Below, piece by piece: positions 26,763-40,770 of a stretch of DNA of 64,000 nt. Numbering within the stretch: position 1 is the stretch's first letter; each line of letters opens with the position of its first letter. Under the pieces are notes generated by a model. It was not told the origin of the DNA and did not search any database. It saw only the letters and a program-made list of their open reading frames with translations. The DNA is taken from the NCBI GenBank assembly GCA_964016885.1, contig OZ024743.1, positions 191,208,001 through 191,272,000 on the forward strand, read 5' to 3'. Source of the stretch: Eledone cirrhosa (Eukaryota). The translations under genes were made by a program, and so were the position numbers.

Positions 26763-26837
26763 TTTTTAGGTCTTATTTATCTCAGGATATGAAAACACAT
26801 TTTTAGGTCTTATTTACCTCAGGATATGAAAACACAT
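26763..26837. repeat. 37-bp tandem duplication
   Basis: tttttaggtcttattta(t/c)ctcaggatatgaaaacaca occurs twice. Confidence 0.8.
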
Positions 26838-29800
26838 GTGAAATATATCAACATTGGTACAAATATATGCATATAGAGGAGAGTGTGCGAGAGAGTAAGA
26901 GTGATTAGAATGTTTAACAGCTGCAATATACTTCTAAAAAGTATAATCACCCCGCAATGCCTCCCCAGATCTCACAACAAAAATACATAGAAATAATTTT
27001 TAAAAACCTGTATTCCATGTTAAAAAATCCTGTTTGCTAATAACTCAGCATTTAGACTTTGATTTGCAATTTGGAGTGATAAATATGAAAGGAAACAGCA
27101 GGCAACTAAATAGTTTTAATACGATTACTATCTATATAAAAGCCAAATATTACCACCCAATACTGCTGAGCCATCAACAAGATCAATCATTGTGAGAAAA
27201 AATAAATGAAATTAAATCAAAAAAATATTGATTCAAACTTACTTCAGAAATTGTAAAGTGAAATTCAAACGAGTGTAATTAGCTTTGCAGTAAGATCAAT
27301 AATTGAGCCGAAATTTTATAGAAATTTATTTCGAAGATATTCTTTATGCTTTATAAAGATGTATTTCTTTTTTTCATTTTATTGTTTTGTTTGTTTATGT
27401 AGTTTTATTTTATGCTTCTTTATTTCCCTCGAATCATACTCTCTAAAATATATGAGAATCACCATTATGATTATTATTATCACTGTTATTATTATTATTG
27501 CTATTATTATTATTTGCCGTCATCAGTATCACCACAATCGTGATGTTTATTTTGTTGAAAGAATTTATTTTTACACAAGAATTTGAATTGTCTGATGCTT
27601 AAAAATTTCTTCTCGTTTGTCTGAATTGTTAACTGACTGGTTTTTTTTTTTTGCACCAGTAAATTAAATTCTGTGGTAGAACATTCGAAAATAACAACAA
27701 AAAGAAATAGGATAAAATAGTTACCTCTAATTCCGCAATTCTGCTATTATCACTTCTATAGAATAAAAAATGAAAATTCAAATATATATATATATATATA
27801 TAATTTCATTGGACTCAAAAGATTAAAGTAACTAACTTATTCTTATGAGTAATTTTTTTTTTAAGAACGTGCACAACAATTGCAAACAGATTGAACATTC
27901 TTTTTTGAAACTCCAACTAGCAAAACTACCAACAACGCCAAACATAACATCAGGGGAAAACCAGTCAACACTTGCAATTTCTGGAAAATCAATTTTCAGT
28001 TCAAATGTTACTCCAAATAATATTTCCATGCAACAGGATCCGTCTACCTACTTTCGAAAGTAGTTTGCTGATCGGTGTTTCTGAGCTGCAAGGATCAGTT
28101 GTTACAGCAAATAATTCAGATTCTATTTTTATAATGAAAGTGGTAAAGTAACTATTTATTTCTTGTTACCTTGACATACTAGTATCGTGACCAATATCAT
28201 CTTACTTGTCATATCATATTCCTTTGTAAACGGTTGATTTGGCAGAGGTGTTAGAACATCGGATATTTCTTCCGGATTTCTGCGTTCTGTTTCTGTTACA
28301 TCTTGTCTAGATCCACTTCGATAAAGGAAGTACCATGTTAGTGCTGTTGCATGCCTCATTCCTTCCAAATGCCACATCCTGGATCTTCTATACCATCAAT
28401 GGAGAGTCTAAAGAGTGTCTGCGATGTTCCCGACTAATCTTGCACCTAAAATCCTTAGCGAAATCATGGTATATTCTATAAAGTTTGCCATTGACGGATG
28501 TAGATTCCATCATACTTGTTATCCTATCATTTGGATTACTTGTTCTTTTAAAGACAACGTATCTAGAAATATCCTATATTTAATGTTCATTTTAAACAGA
28601 GCAAGTTGTGGTTTGAAGCAAATTTAGCAGCTAATTTCTACATGTCGACTTTCTCACGTTGACTCTAGTGTTTTGGAGTTCGTTTCTGGAAGACACTACA
28701 GCAGGTCTTTTAAAATTCTTGAGGGTGCTTTAAGAGGCAATATAGATAACAAACACTTGACCCATCATCGGTAATTTCAGGCAGCTTGATGTTGAAGCAT
28801 GTGTTTTAAAAATTTATATAGTCGTACAATTTCATTCAATTTACTTAAGAAGACGTGGATTAAGTTGATGCAATACTGAAAGAAACTTGTCCTCGATACT
28901 ACGCAGTTTAATCGAACCCGAGACCTTATAATTTCGAAGCGAACTTCTTGACATCCTCGCCTTGCTTCTATTCACTGAATGCATAAGATTAATTATAAAC
29001 CACCAAATTAGAGATTAAATTTGGAAAAGCATCTCACAGTAATTCGGGGAATGGAATAATGAACTAAAAACATGTAGAAGTTTGTCAGAATTGTAGTGAC
29101 ACAAATCTAAATGAATTGTGTAAGAACACCATGATTTCCTGACGTCGATGTAAAAAATAAACGATATAATCGACTTTTCTCTTCCCACAATTGCTGGCCT
29201 TGTGCCACAATCGGAAACCATTATTAACATCACTGTTACATTTGTTTCATTTGTTGTGCTTTTTATTGTTGTTGAAAGGAAGGAATTGGTAGAACCATTA
29301 CAGAGCCGAACAATAAAATACCTTACCTGATCAATCATATTTTCCTTCACTTCAATTCGTGACTTTATATCCAAATCTGACAAAATCCATTAGTTTCGTT
29401 TTTACAGAATATATCTCTACGTTCATGTATACTTTAAAAACATAACCTATACAATATTTACTACTTTTAAAGCAACTATCAATTCTGTAATTCGACGAAA
29501 AAAAAGCGTTTGTCGCTATTTTACAAGTTTAACACAAACGTGTATATTCCCAACCAATTCACGCCAATCCTTATAGATGCCATTAGCCCCCCAATTGCTT
29601 TGACTATGTATGAAACCACGTCACAGGATTAGCTCACTTGGAGCTTACTTCTTGCTACAAATGAGCCTCTATACCAAAACCAGCACTGATCTCACTTTAT
29701 CGTTCTATGAATTTAAAGGACGTCAAGGCAAACAGCCGTAGATATGAAAATAAATTGGGCAGTTAAATTTAAACCACTATTTATTGTAGATTTATTGGAT

Positions 29801-32800
29801 AAAGACCAGCCCCTGGCGATACATTGTATATTTCACTAGTTACAAAGTGGAATTTTCTGATTGCTTGTACTTATTTCATTGACTGAAGGTGACTATGAAA
29901 ACCAAAGTTGATCGTGATGCAATTTAAATTTTAAAAAAAATAATTTGAAATTTAATATTGTTAGTCATTGTACTACCATATCTACAAATAATAGACCATT
30001 GATTTTCAACAGTATGTAGTATTGTTGTTTCATTTTGAAAAGACGCAATGTTCTGTATTTGTCTAAAAGAGAAAAGAGGACGGCGCGAGCTCATACCTTT
30101 CCAATGAAAATAACTGACTAGATTTGAAATGGCTTTCTCCGGAGGACGTTTATCTGTTGCTGAACTGAACACGCCTCTACTCTAATTCAGTAAATTCACT
30201 AAACCAGAAATACTGAATCATTTAGTGCGGCTCTCACTTCTTTGTGATCTAGCCTATGCTTCTTTTTCTATACAATATTATAGTACGATTTTCTTTTTTC
30301 TTTTTTTGTAGATGAGTGGGTGTACCAAACTATTACTAACTTCGGGTATAAATGGTACTTATTTTACTTATGTATTGTGAATGAACTTTATATGAATTAG
30401 TTCTGGGGGATTCTGAGTTGAGATTTCAGAAAATCTTATTTATTTACTCGACAATGTTATGAATTTATATCTTGTCCTTATTACCAGTAACATTTAGCCA
30501 CACTATAAATACAGCTGAACGTCTTTTCTTTTTTCAGATCTCTTATAAACATATATCAACTAAGTCTTAAATCAGTCACTGCACTCATCACCCCACTTTC
30601 CATTTACCTAGAGTGAGATGCCGAGTAGGCAATGTCTATTACTTATCGAAACCAAAGCTAAATGTAGCAGCTTCTCTAATTTCCTATGTGACCAATGCAA
30701 TAATATATCAACTCTGACTTAACCATGCTGAACATAATACAGTATAATATTCAACAGAATTCGAAAAAGCATCGCTAGAAGCCAAGAAAGCAATTGTTGC
30801 TGGCAATACGCCTGACATTTCTTCCTTCAGCTTTCCTGCTGTCTAATGCAGCTGAACCATTTGAAAGTCTCGTTCTAATATCTTAATCTTTCTTCTATCT
30901 TTACTTTTCTTTCTTAGAAATATTGTTATATCTAGTAAATAACAGTGGACAAGACATTAGGTTCCTCTCTTCAAATGACCGCTTTTATTTCTTGGAAGAC
31001 TTTCTTTAAAATCTCCTATGCCACAGTGACAGGATAATGCGCTAAATTACTAAAATTATTACACCAGTATCCGAGGCGGAACAGTGTCAAAGTAAGATAT
31101 TACTAAAACACAGCTTTAGAAATATACTTTCAGGCTTCAAGGGCCAGTTATTATACGTATGAAAATAGGAAAAGTAAAACCGAAGATTATCACATAATGG
31201 ATAGGTTTAACAAATTAGAAGATATGCTAGGATGTTAATAATACAATGATTTCCAAATATGTCATAAACAAATAGCCCTAGAAAATATAGATGTGTGATG
31301 AGGTATACATTAATATAACTTGTTGATTCAGTTTCAGTATATTTTATAGTATATAAATGTGTGAATCTAACTAAACATTATTCGAATACCATGGATTTAA
31401 TATCAGAATAAATACTATTCTTAGTGTGTGGTCATATTTGAGTATATTTGCTAAATGTCTATCAACTATATCCTCTGAAATTATCACAATTAAGCGTCCC
31501 CATCAATTATATTTAAGTATTTATATTTTTAAAGTCAGAGGAAGAAGTTAGATAAGATAGTATATTAATTATATCATATAATCTATATAGCAATAATAAG
31601 GATTCAGTATCAGGTAAAGTATTATATGAAGTAACGGTTGTTAATTCACATTGTTGGGTTTATAATATTTAAATGATTGTAAGTTTTTTATGAGGGCAAG
31701 TGGAAAAGATTTCTGGCTTTTTATTCAAAATACTAGCTTTGGAGTTAATTGATTGAGACTCCGGAAAGTATAGTCTACATGCTCTGCTGTTAAGTTTATA
31801 TGCGGAGGATCTACCTAATATTTCCCAGTCGAATGTATATGATGTGTTCTTATTTTTTAATTTCTAGATAAAACTAAATAAGGAGTCACATATTTTAAAT
31901 TTTAATTTAGGTTTTCTAAAAGAATGAATATGAGAATTAAATCTTGTTTTCAAACTATTTGATGTAGTTCCTGTAAACTTTAGAATGTCTAGAGGTGTTA
32001 ACAATGCAACCATATACTATATTATTAGTTAAGCGATTACTTTTCCGAGGGCATGGTGTTTTATTTCTACCTTTAAAGTTTGGATTAATAGTAAAGTGAG
32101 ATATTAGTACTTGGGATATTACTATTAATTGGAAATCATGCTATTAATTCCAATTCCTTCTAAGAAACACAACTTTCAACACAACTGACACTATATGTTT
32201 TGAACAACATTTGTAACTGTAATTGTGTGTCTTGATATTCTAATTAATCTCTGATGAAACGCATATTCTTTGCTGACGAAGGGTTATACGAATGTAATCT
32301 ATTACATAAATATCACAATATTGCAATTAAATTAGATAATAATTTGCTCCACTCGTTATTGTAATCTATTATTCCTTCAATCTCATAACTGAAGAAATAA
32401 AAATTCTGTGCGTATTATTATAATGTGCGTACAGCATTAGACTGCTCCATCTCACCAGTTGATTAATGTTGTTACTCTACAGATTGTTGTTTCCGTTAGG
32501 GAAAGCCTGCGGACATGTATCATGGTGATCGCTATACATATACAACTTCAGGTATATATGATATTATATATATATGAAATTGTGTACATATAGATGCAAT
32601 ATTTTGTAGCTAGATACATTGTGTGACATAGAGTCAGATGATGCTTCTCAAATTCGAACTTATATACAATTATTTCACCATTCAGTAACATATATACTTG
32701 ACCATTTCATCTCTACTAGGAATGAATATGATATCATATCCTTAACACAGGAAAGAAAATGCCGAACCTACACAAAATTTTCTTCTGTATTAACATGTCG

Positions 32801-33723
32801 ATCAATATTTATATAAAATAGATCGCAAAAATGTGTGTATTAAAATGGCTTTTCAATCGTTTATCATCATAGTATTTTATAAAACTAAAACACTGTATGG
32901 AAGACATCCTTAATTGTTGTCATAGAAACAGCAAAGCAATTTCTCTTCACACTGACAGTAATCATAATCAGCTCTGAAAGTTTGTAACCTTAGAAACGTC
33001 ATTTAAACAAAATTAAAAAAGATGCCGGTTAAAAAGGAATTATCTGGAAGTGAAAAAAAAATTCAACACAAGTGTGGGATTACTAACGAAAAGGATAGAA
33101 TTTGTATTCGAATATCATTCTTCATCCCAGTAAAAATTGGACGTTGCTCGTGAACAGCTACAGTGTAAAGATCATGAATGTTTATGTTTTAATCATCCAC
33201 AGCTCAAATCATATTAAATATTTGTATCTCTCAATTAAACGGAGACTTTCAAAGCTAAAACTATCACACATGCACATACATACAAATTCCTTCACATACA
33301 AATGTGCACGTGCACAAGCACACATACTAAAAATAACATTGAAATGGAAAATAAATTCCTCAATGAATTCATGCAAGAATAGAATAGTTAATCATCGTTT
33401 GATATTTGGATTGAAATCATCACAACATTTCGACGTAACGTTCTTTAGAATTAGTTAGTGGTTGTTGCGGAATAGGGAGATATGTTACAGGCAATTAATT
33501 TTGTTCTAACATTTATGAATAACGATTATTTTTCCTTCCCAAATCATTGTATAGGAAATAGTATTCCACTCTCCATTGTTGTGATGTACTGAATGGTTAT
33601 AAATCATCGAACTTATTAAAAGGCAAACACTGGAAATGTGTTGCAAGCAAAAACCAACTAACGACATACGTTGAGATCGTAGACTAATGATGCCAATTAT
33701 ACAAAGACACTTCTATGCTAAAC

Positions 33724-33905
<182 letters not shown>

Positions 33906-35977
33906 CACATTCATATATACATCACGAACTTAAAAGTAAAAATACAAACAATTGATAAGTGAAGTGCAATAGATTCTTTGATCAGGGTCTAGAGAAGCTA
34001 CTGATGAACAATAATAACATTGACAACAAACCATAAACATATATTATTAGGTTTTATTCCATACATACGACACTTTATTTCTTCAACATAAAACCCATTG
34101 ATGCAAAGACGAATTTAACATTACAGCAAACATTGATCTTACAGTTGACCGTGCATCTTTATGGGAATAGCCAATTCATTAGTTTAGGTTGGGACATAAA
34201 ATCTTGGTTAACAGATCGATACTGGTTTAATTTCCAAAGATTCCTATTTCAAAATAAGCCAAGTGATTTTTTAAAGGTAGTCATTCAGCTGATGTATCTA
34301 TTAAGAGTTACCATTTTCTCTAATATTCGTTACTTACATGTAGTTAAGAATTGTAACATAAACGAATGTATTTCCACTGGTTTACAATCAAGCTGAACAC
34401 AAATAGATTTGGTAGAACGAAACCTACACAATATTCCCACACAAATCAGAGTCCACAATTATTTTGACTAGCTCCAGGTTACAAACTGTATGTGTTATTT
34501 TATAAACAACTGTCTTTATCAAGTTGAACTAAACTTCCTTCTATACATTTTCTCGTTTCAAACATTTCTATGGCTCACATGCAAGAGAAACGAAGATTCA
34601 CATACCATAGAAACGAAGATTTCAAAAGTTCATACTATGGTTAAATTATTTCCCATCAAAATGTCAAATATTGAATCCATGTAAATCTAAAGAGATATCA
34701 CGATTCTGTGTAGTTCCCGAAAATAAGCATTTATTATGTCTGGAGTGTTACATTCAATTTCATCTTTGATGGCTACTGAAAAGCTACTGGACGAAAGCTG
34801 ACGAAGCAACGAGAGTCTTCCTCGAGCGAAAGCCCACTCTAATCAAAATAAACTGTCTTTAAAAAGTTTTTCAAAGTTAATATTCATTGGATAATGTAAT
34901 ACAAGACTCATTCTTCTTGGCTGACACTCCTATCATAAATCTACGTCTACTATTTAACAAATACCCGTTTTACCTGCTTAAAATAAGCTAACATAATTTG
35001 TAAATTTAAATCTGTGGAACGCTTCGATTGTTTATATACATATATATACTACTAAATTTTCGTGATTGTGTGCTTATCTTTAATTTAGTACTACCAAAAT
35101 GGCGCAAAGTTGGAAAATACTTTGAAAGGGCGTTGCCCCTGAAATTGGAATACAATGAAATAAAAAAATGTTCACGTAAATCGGAGCACGGGTTCCCAAC
35201 ATAGAGGGTTTTTCTTTCCAGGTATCTTCATACATAGAGACAGCGAAAGAGATAGTGGTTGTTAGAGAGTAGGTTGAAAGAGAGACATAGAGAGAAAGAG
35301 AAGGAGACAAAGAAGGAAAATGGAAGAGAGAGAAAGAGAAAGAGAGAGAGAGAAAGATGGTGGAAATTATAACAGGTGAATTCAAAGAATCGAATACAAC
35401 ATTACTGTAAAAGAAATTTGGTGACTGAATATTAAGTCATATGCATCATATAACTTGTGTTAGGACAGGATGTATGTTAAAAATATTTCCTGCTAAATAG
35501 GAAGGGTTTCTAAGTGTGTGTATATGTGTGTATATGTATATATATTTTTAATGTGATGAAATACCAATGATGGTTGGAAAATCACTGACGAAGGAATATT
35601 TTTATCATCTGTAACCCATGTGCAAAGCACGCAGTATTCTTCTTTCTTCTCATGTGTTTTATATATATTTACCTCGGCTGCGTTTGTCTGTTTCTCTCTT
35701 ACTGCTTCCCCGCCCTCTCTGTTTCTCTCACCTTCTTTCGCCCCCTCTGTCAGTTAGACTTTCTCTCGACTGACCACTTCCTCACACTTCCACTCACTCA
35801 CTCTCTGTTTCTCCCCTTGTCACTTCCTCCCGTTTGGCTTGTGTGGGTCTCTTCTTGCTTACATCTCACACACATCGACACGGTCTGTAATAATAATAAA
35901 TTTGAAGACTAAAATCAAAAGAGGGCGCGATAAGGATAAATATATATCAAATATATATGAACTGTAGAGCAAATATT

Positions 35978-36097
35978 TATTAAAATAACAGATTAAAGTT
36001 TAAGCAAAGAATCGCTGCTTTCACCCTTAACGGGATCTTCTGAAGATCCCGTTAAGGGTGAAAGCAGCGATTCTTTGCTTTAATCTGTTATTTTAAT
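35978..36097. mobile_element. Near-perfect hairpin made of the family C PLE 3' end
   Basis: Both arms match 39430-39490; centre gatcttc-t-gaagatc at 36041. Confidence 0.8.
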
Positions 36098-36099
36098 GA

Positions 36100-36131
<32 letters not shown>

Positions 36132-36134
36132 GTG

Positions 36135-36165
<31 letters not shown>

Positions 36166-36295
36166 TCATGTATACATCTGTCTGTATATACATGTGTATG
36201 GTGTGTGTCTGTGAACAGTGTATAGAAGTCAGAGACACCCACATATGTATATATATATATATACACAATATACACACACACACATATATACATAC

Positions 36296-36333
<38 letters not shown>

Positions 36334-36334
<1 letters not shown>

Positions 36335-36510
36335 GGAACGAGTAGGACCCCGACGGCTGAGCTCAAGCCGTTTGAACGGAATTAGCCGTCGAAACGGCTT
36401 GAGCTCAGCCGTCGGGGTCCTACTCGTTCCTATTACCCACTCTTCTACCCTAAGTATTGAGTACTTTGGTGCGTTATGGTCCACCTGGTTCCTTACCACA
36501 TTTCCTTCGT
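36334..36510 (+). mobile_element. Minimal fold-back insert, family B, between (TA)n tracts
   Basis: Hairpin 36334-36432 plus tail nearly identical to 51556-51633. Confidence 0.8.
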
Positions 36511-36891
36511 TATATATATATATATATATATGGGCCTTCCAATTTCATATTACATTATATAAATGTGTATATTTTAATAAATTAAAGATTTGTAAGTGAA
36601 CATAATTATTAAAAAAATATTCTTAAATGAATGTGACACAACAGGTCACGGGTGGTTGAGTACATATATATCTATGAATATATATATATAAGATGAAGGA
36701 CAATTTGTTATGTCATGATTACGTTTATTGAGTATTGACGCACGTTTTGTTATTGATCAGGTCAAGGTCCCATCTGGATCGATCTAGTCCGATTATGGAT
36801 ATATATATATATATAGACAGTATATACATATATATCAGAATGGAGGCGGTAAAAACCAATTAGACAATTACTCCGCAAAGTAGTCGATGTA

Positions 36892-36956
<65 letters not shown>

Positions 36957-36964
36957 GATATATA

Positions 36965-37018
36965 CAGGGTGTCTCAAAAATGTACATACATGTGTATACA
37001 TTTCTTTGGGACACCCTG
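36965..37018. mobile_element. 54-bp Tc1/mariner-type MITE
   Basis: TA-cagggtgtctcaaa...tttgggacaccctg-TA: terminal inverted repeats and TA target duplication. Confidence 0.7.
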
Positions 37019-37053
37019 TATGTATAGATACATAGATATACACACACACACAC

Positions 37054-37102
<49 letters not shown>

Positions 37103-37189
37103 TTTATCCAATTCGACATCAACAATTACTACTCCTCCATCACTTTACCACTTCTCCTTAGAGCTATCAATTTCGCTAAAACACTCACA

Positions 37190-38416
37190 GTGGTTAAGGA
37201 TTTCGAAGTTGATGTCATCCTTAATGCCCGAAAGTCGGTGATTAATTTCGACGACTCTATTTGGATTAAAAAATCCAATAGTACTCCATTCGACGTGAGT
37301 ATGGGCGCCAGTGACTCTGCGGGGGTTACTGATCTTATTGGCCTTTTCCTTCTTTTCTCTATCAAGGACGAATTCCCCAGCGCGGGTCGTGGTTTGTACC
37401 GTGATGATGGTCTTTTGACCATGACTAAGTGCGGACCTCGTGCTTGCGACAGGTTCAGAAAAGAACTCACAGCCTTCTTTAAAGGCTTCAACCTCTCTAT
37501 ACAGGTTGAGGCTAATCTCTCGGTCGTTAATTACCTCGACGTTACCCTCAATTTATCGAATGGGTTGTATTACCCGTATAGAAAGCCGAATGATACGCTT
37601 AATTACATAAGTAAGCATTCCAACCATCCTGCCAGCATAACCAAGAACCTGGTAAGAAACGTTTCGTTGAGGCTTTCCCGTCTTTCCACTAACGAGCGCA
37701 TTTTCAACGACCATTCCACTTATTACAATGAAGCTCTTGCTCGAAGTGGATTTGTCGATAAGGTAGCATATACAGAGTACGAAAATAGACCTAGAAGAAA
37801 TAGATCCCGTCGCATTTGTTGGTTTAACCCACCATATAATATGGAGGTGGCCACACCATTAGCTAAGATCTTTCTTTCCCTTATTACGAAGCATTTTCCC
37901 CCTACACATAAATATAGTAACATTTTTAATAGAAATACTATTAAAATTTCTTACTCTACGACTCCTAACCTTGCACATAACATCACAGCTTCAAATTTAG
38001 CTAAACTACATAGCCGTAGGAACACGTGCAACCCTGTAGTTAATACTAACTGTAATTGTAGGAATCGGGCTGATTGCCCCCTATCCGGGAAATGCCTGTC
38101 TAGTAACATTGTCTACAAATGTAAGGTTGAAACACCCACGTCCCGTAGGGCCTACATAGGGTTAACCGCCAATAGTTTCAAACAGCGTCTTTACATGCAT
38201 ACCCATTCTTTTCGTTACCCTCTAAGAAGGAATATGACGTCACTTTCAGCTTATATCTGGAGTCTAAAAGACAACCACACCCAATATAAGTTACACTGGG
38301 AGATCCTAGCTAGGGCTAGATCGTATAACGGAAATAAAAGACCATGTGACCTCTGCGCCACTGAGGGCCTGGAAATACTCTACGCCACAGACCACATCTT
38401 AAACAAAAAAATCTGA
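37190..38416 (+). CDS. PLE RT (C-terminal half) plus GIY-YIG endonuclease; 5'-truncated, frameshift in an A run near 38405
   Basis: SMGA, GLYRDDGL, NYLDVTL, YRKPN..YI..HSNHP, WFNPPY, CNCR..CPL..KC, IVY...YIG, CDLC; shifted frame continues SEAISACKH. Confidence 0.88.
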   Translation: MVKDFEVDVILNARKSVINFDDSIWIKKSNSTPFDVSMGASDSAGVTDLIGLFLLFSIKDEFPSAGRGLYRDDGLLTMTKCGPRACDRFRKELTAFFKGFNLSIQVEANLSVVNYLDVTLNLSNGLYYPYRKPNDTLNYISKHSNHPASITKNLVRNVSLRLSRLSTNERIFNDHSTYYNEALARSGFVDKVAYTEYENRPRRNRSRRICWFNPPYNMEVATPLAKIFLSLITKHFPPTHKYSNIFNRNTIKISYSTTPNLAHNITASNLAKLHSRRNTCNPVVNTNCNCRNRADCPLSGKCLSSNIVYKCKVETPTSRRAYIGLTANSFKQRLYMHTHSFRYPLRRNMTSLSAYIWSLKDNHTQYKLHWEILARARSYNGNKRPCDLCATEGLEILYATDHILNKKI

Positions 38417-39422
38417 GGCAATTTCGGCTTGTAAACATAAATTGCACAAAACTTTCCTGTATTACAGCCCCACGTTATACCCTAACGGATAGTACGATCT
38501 ATACGTGGATATTTTACGTCTTGATGTGGGAGCTAAGTATATGTTTTGTTTATTCCTTTACTTATTTGCATAGGTAAGTATATATTACCCGTATGTTTTG
38601 TGAAGGTATGTATACCTTCTCGTACGTATATTTGATTGTTATGGCGTATAATTTTTATATATTCTGGTATTTAGGGTTTGGCTATATGTATACGGGAGTT
38701 TTGCGTCTGCGTGATTATGCAGGTTCGTACGTATGGTGGGTGTGTGTATATGTGTACTTCTTGCTTTAGTTGACTTACGTCTCCGAACATTCGGGTATTT
38801 ATATGTAGGTATGTGTGTGCGCTTGTTATATACGTATTTATTTACTTATATACGTTTATATAATTATTTATTTATTTGTACACAAGCATATACACACACA
38901 CACATATTTATATGTGCGTTGTTTTGTATATCTCTGGTAAGGTTTTGCGTATGCTTGTGTATGTACGTATTTGTTTGCGTGTATGTATTTATTTATTTCT
39001 ATTACTTCTGTATTGTATTTATTTACTTTGTTCTTAACTCTGTAGCGGAGATTCATTTGGTCTCCTAGTTAGAATTTTAGTCTAGGACTTCTGCTATACC
39101 ATTTACGTGGTTTTCTGTTTGCGTGCTATTGTTCTCCACGATCCACATATGACTTATTATCTTCGTTTTTTCATTCATTGCCAGAGAACGTCTCTATGCA
39201 CCACCTAAGATAACATTAGTCTACGACCTCTTTTATACCATAAACGTGGTTCTGTCTTTGCGCGTAATTGTTTTTCACTGCTCCTATTAATGACGTATTA
39301 TTCGTTTTTTCCCGTTCTTTGCCAGCGAACGTTTCCACGAACCAAAGTAACGTCTTCCTGTCTTCCTCCGGTTGCAACGTTTTTTGAAATATCCAGTTCT
39401 GCGTTTACAGATTGACTTTGTT

Positions 39423-39473
39423 AGTTTCAGAAGATCCCGTTAAGGGTGAAAGCAGCGATTCTTTGCTTAAACT
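39423..39473 (+). ncRNA. HHR-like motif, family C (A at core position 4)
   Basis: agttt-CAGAAGA-tccc-gttaa-gggt-GAAA-gca..tgc-TT-aaact; also at 53183-53233 (-). Confidence 0.55.
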
Positions 39474-39535
39474 TTAATCTGTTATTTAATAAATATATAT
39501 ATATTTCACTACCGTAAACTCTTGGTAGATTTATC

Positions 39536-39588
<53 letters not shown>

Positions 39589-39592
<4 letters not shown>

Positions 39593-40150
39593 GAAGAAGT
39601 ATATAAAGGAGAACAAACCGTTAAAACATGTTTATTTAAAAATTGCACCTCCGTACGATTCACCCGAAAGGGCTTCTCAAGGGCATAAAAAAACTAAAGA
39701 GTGTTCTTTACGTGACCCTGAAGGGGTTTTAAAGATAAGTTCACACTACCGTTCATTCTTCGTAAACCACATGTATTGATTTTGCAGTAGATCAAGGGAG
39801 ATAACTCTACCCGGTGTTAGAGCAGTTGTCCCCAAGCTATTTGTAATCCGTTACTACTTTGTGGGTACTGCTTTACCATTGTCGATTCACGCCGGGTCTG
39901 GTTCACGTAAAGAACACTCTTTAGTTTTTTTATGCCATTGAGAAGCCCTTTCGGGCGAAACTTACGTAGGTGCTGTTTTTAAATAAACATGTTTTAACGG
40001 TTTGTTCTCCTTTATATTCTTCTTCACGTGTATCCGACCTGCTTATAATCTCGCCCACTAGATATTAACACTTCTAATATTTAGCACTGCAGGCAGTAGT
40101 ATTGAGCACTTTTGCATATGCTATTGGCAATTGACTACATGTATCGCCTA
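39589..40150 (+). mobile_element. Fold-back insert, family D (arms approx. 39589-39715 and 39903-40030, then tail)
   Basis: Inverted repeat next to (TA)n with HHR motif in each arm. Confidence 0.7.
39933..39973 (+). ncRNA. Minimal type I HHR, family D (U3-A8)
   Basis: tgcca-TTGAGAA-gccc-tttc-gggc-GAAA-cttacg-TA-ggtgc; other arm has palindromic cgtacg. Confidence 0.6.
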
Positions 40151-40209
40151 TCTCTTCTTCTCTCTCTCTCAATACTTAAATACTCTCTATATATATATAA
40201 AGACACACA

Positions 40210-40515
40210 TAAATGGTGTCTCTCCATCGGCATGACGACAAGTGTTCTAGTTAATACTATACACGGAACATCCTACTTATAAATTAACGTGTAACTGGCT
40301 GAGCATTCAACAGAAATGCGTACCCTTCGGGGAGATTCAGTGTGACACAGTGTGTGAAAAGGCAGGTCCTTCAAATTACAGGTACAACTCATCTTTGCCA
40401 GCTGAGTGGTCCGGAGCAACGTGGAATAAATTATCTTGCTTAAGGAGAGAACGCGCTTCCTGGAATCGAATCGAACTCACGATCTTCCAATTGTGAGCTG
40501 AATACACTAACCACG
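40210..40515 (-). mobile_element. Second tRNA-derived SINE family
   Basis: Minus strand tggttagtgtattcagctcacaa...gtgagttcgattc (A/B-box-like), then ccttaagcaag...ccactcagctggcaaagatgagt. Confidence 0.65.
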
Positions 40516-40770
40516 CGTTTTCACACACATAAACACACATACATATATATGTATTAATATATATACAAACAAAACACGCACACACACATATATATATACA
40601 AACACGCAGACAAACACACATCGAAACACGCACACTCAAACATATATATAAACACACTCACACATATAAGTAAACGCACACACACACAGTCACATATATA
40701 TATATAATAATCACACATACACACATATAGAAACAGACACACACACACACACATATATATATGTATATAT

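Larger units (their letters stand above)
37097..39540 (+). mobile_element. 5'-truncated Penelope-like element, family C (RT followed by C-terminal GIY-YIG), in (TA)n
   Basis: Coding remnant, ~1 kb 3' region with internal ~135-nt repeats, HHR-like motif at end; flanked by (TA)n. Confidence 0.88.

Noticed and set aside
28070-28570. Possible very old LINE remnant (also 31000-32200)
   Set aside because: Too degenerate to support by eye
32250-32300. CTGATGA and CTGACGA words (also near 35586)
   Set aside because: No matching GAAA, stem III and stem I could be built
37190-38416. Assignment of the PLE to the Naiad clade or as a selenoprotein
   Set aside because: Endonuclease is C-terminal to RT and no in-frame TGA at cysteines is visible; exact clade needs a phylogeny
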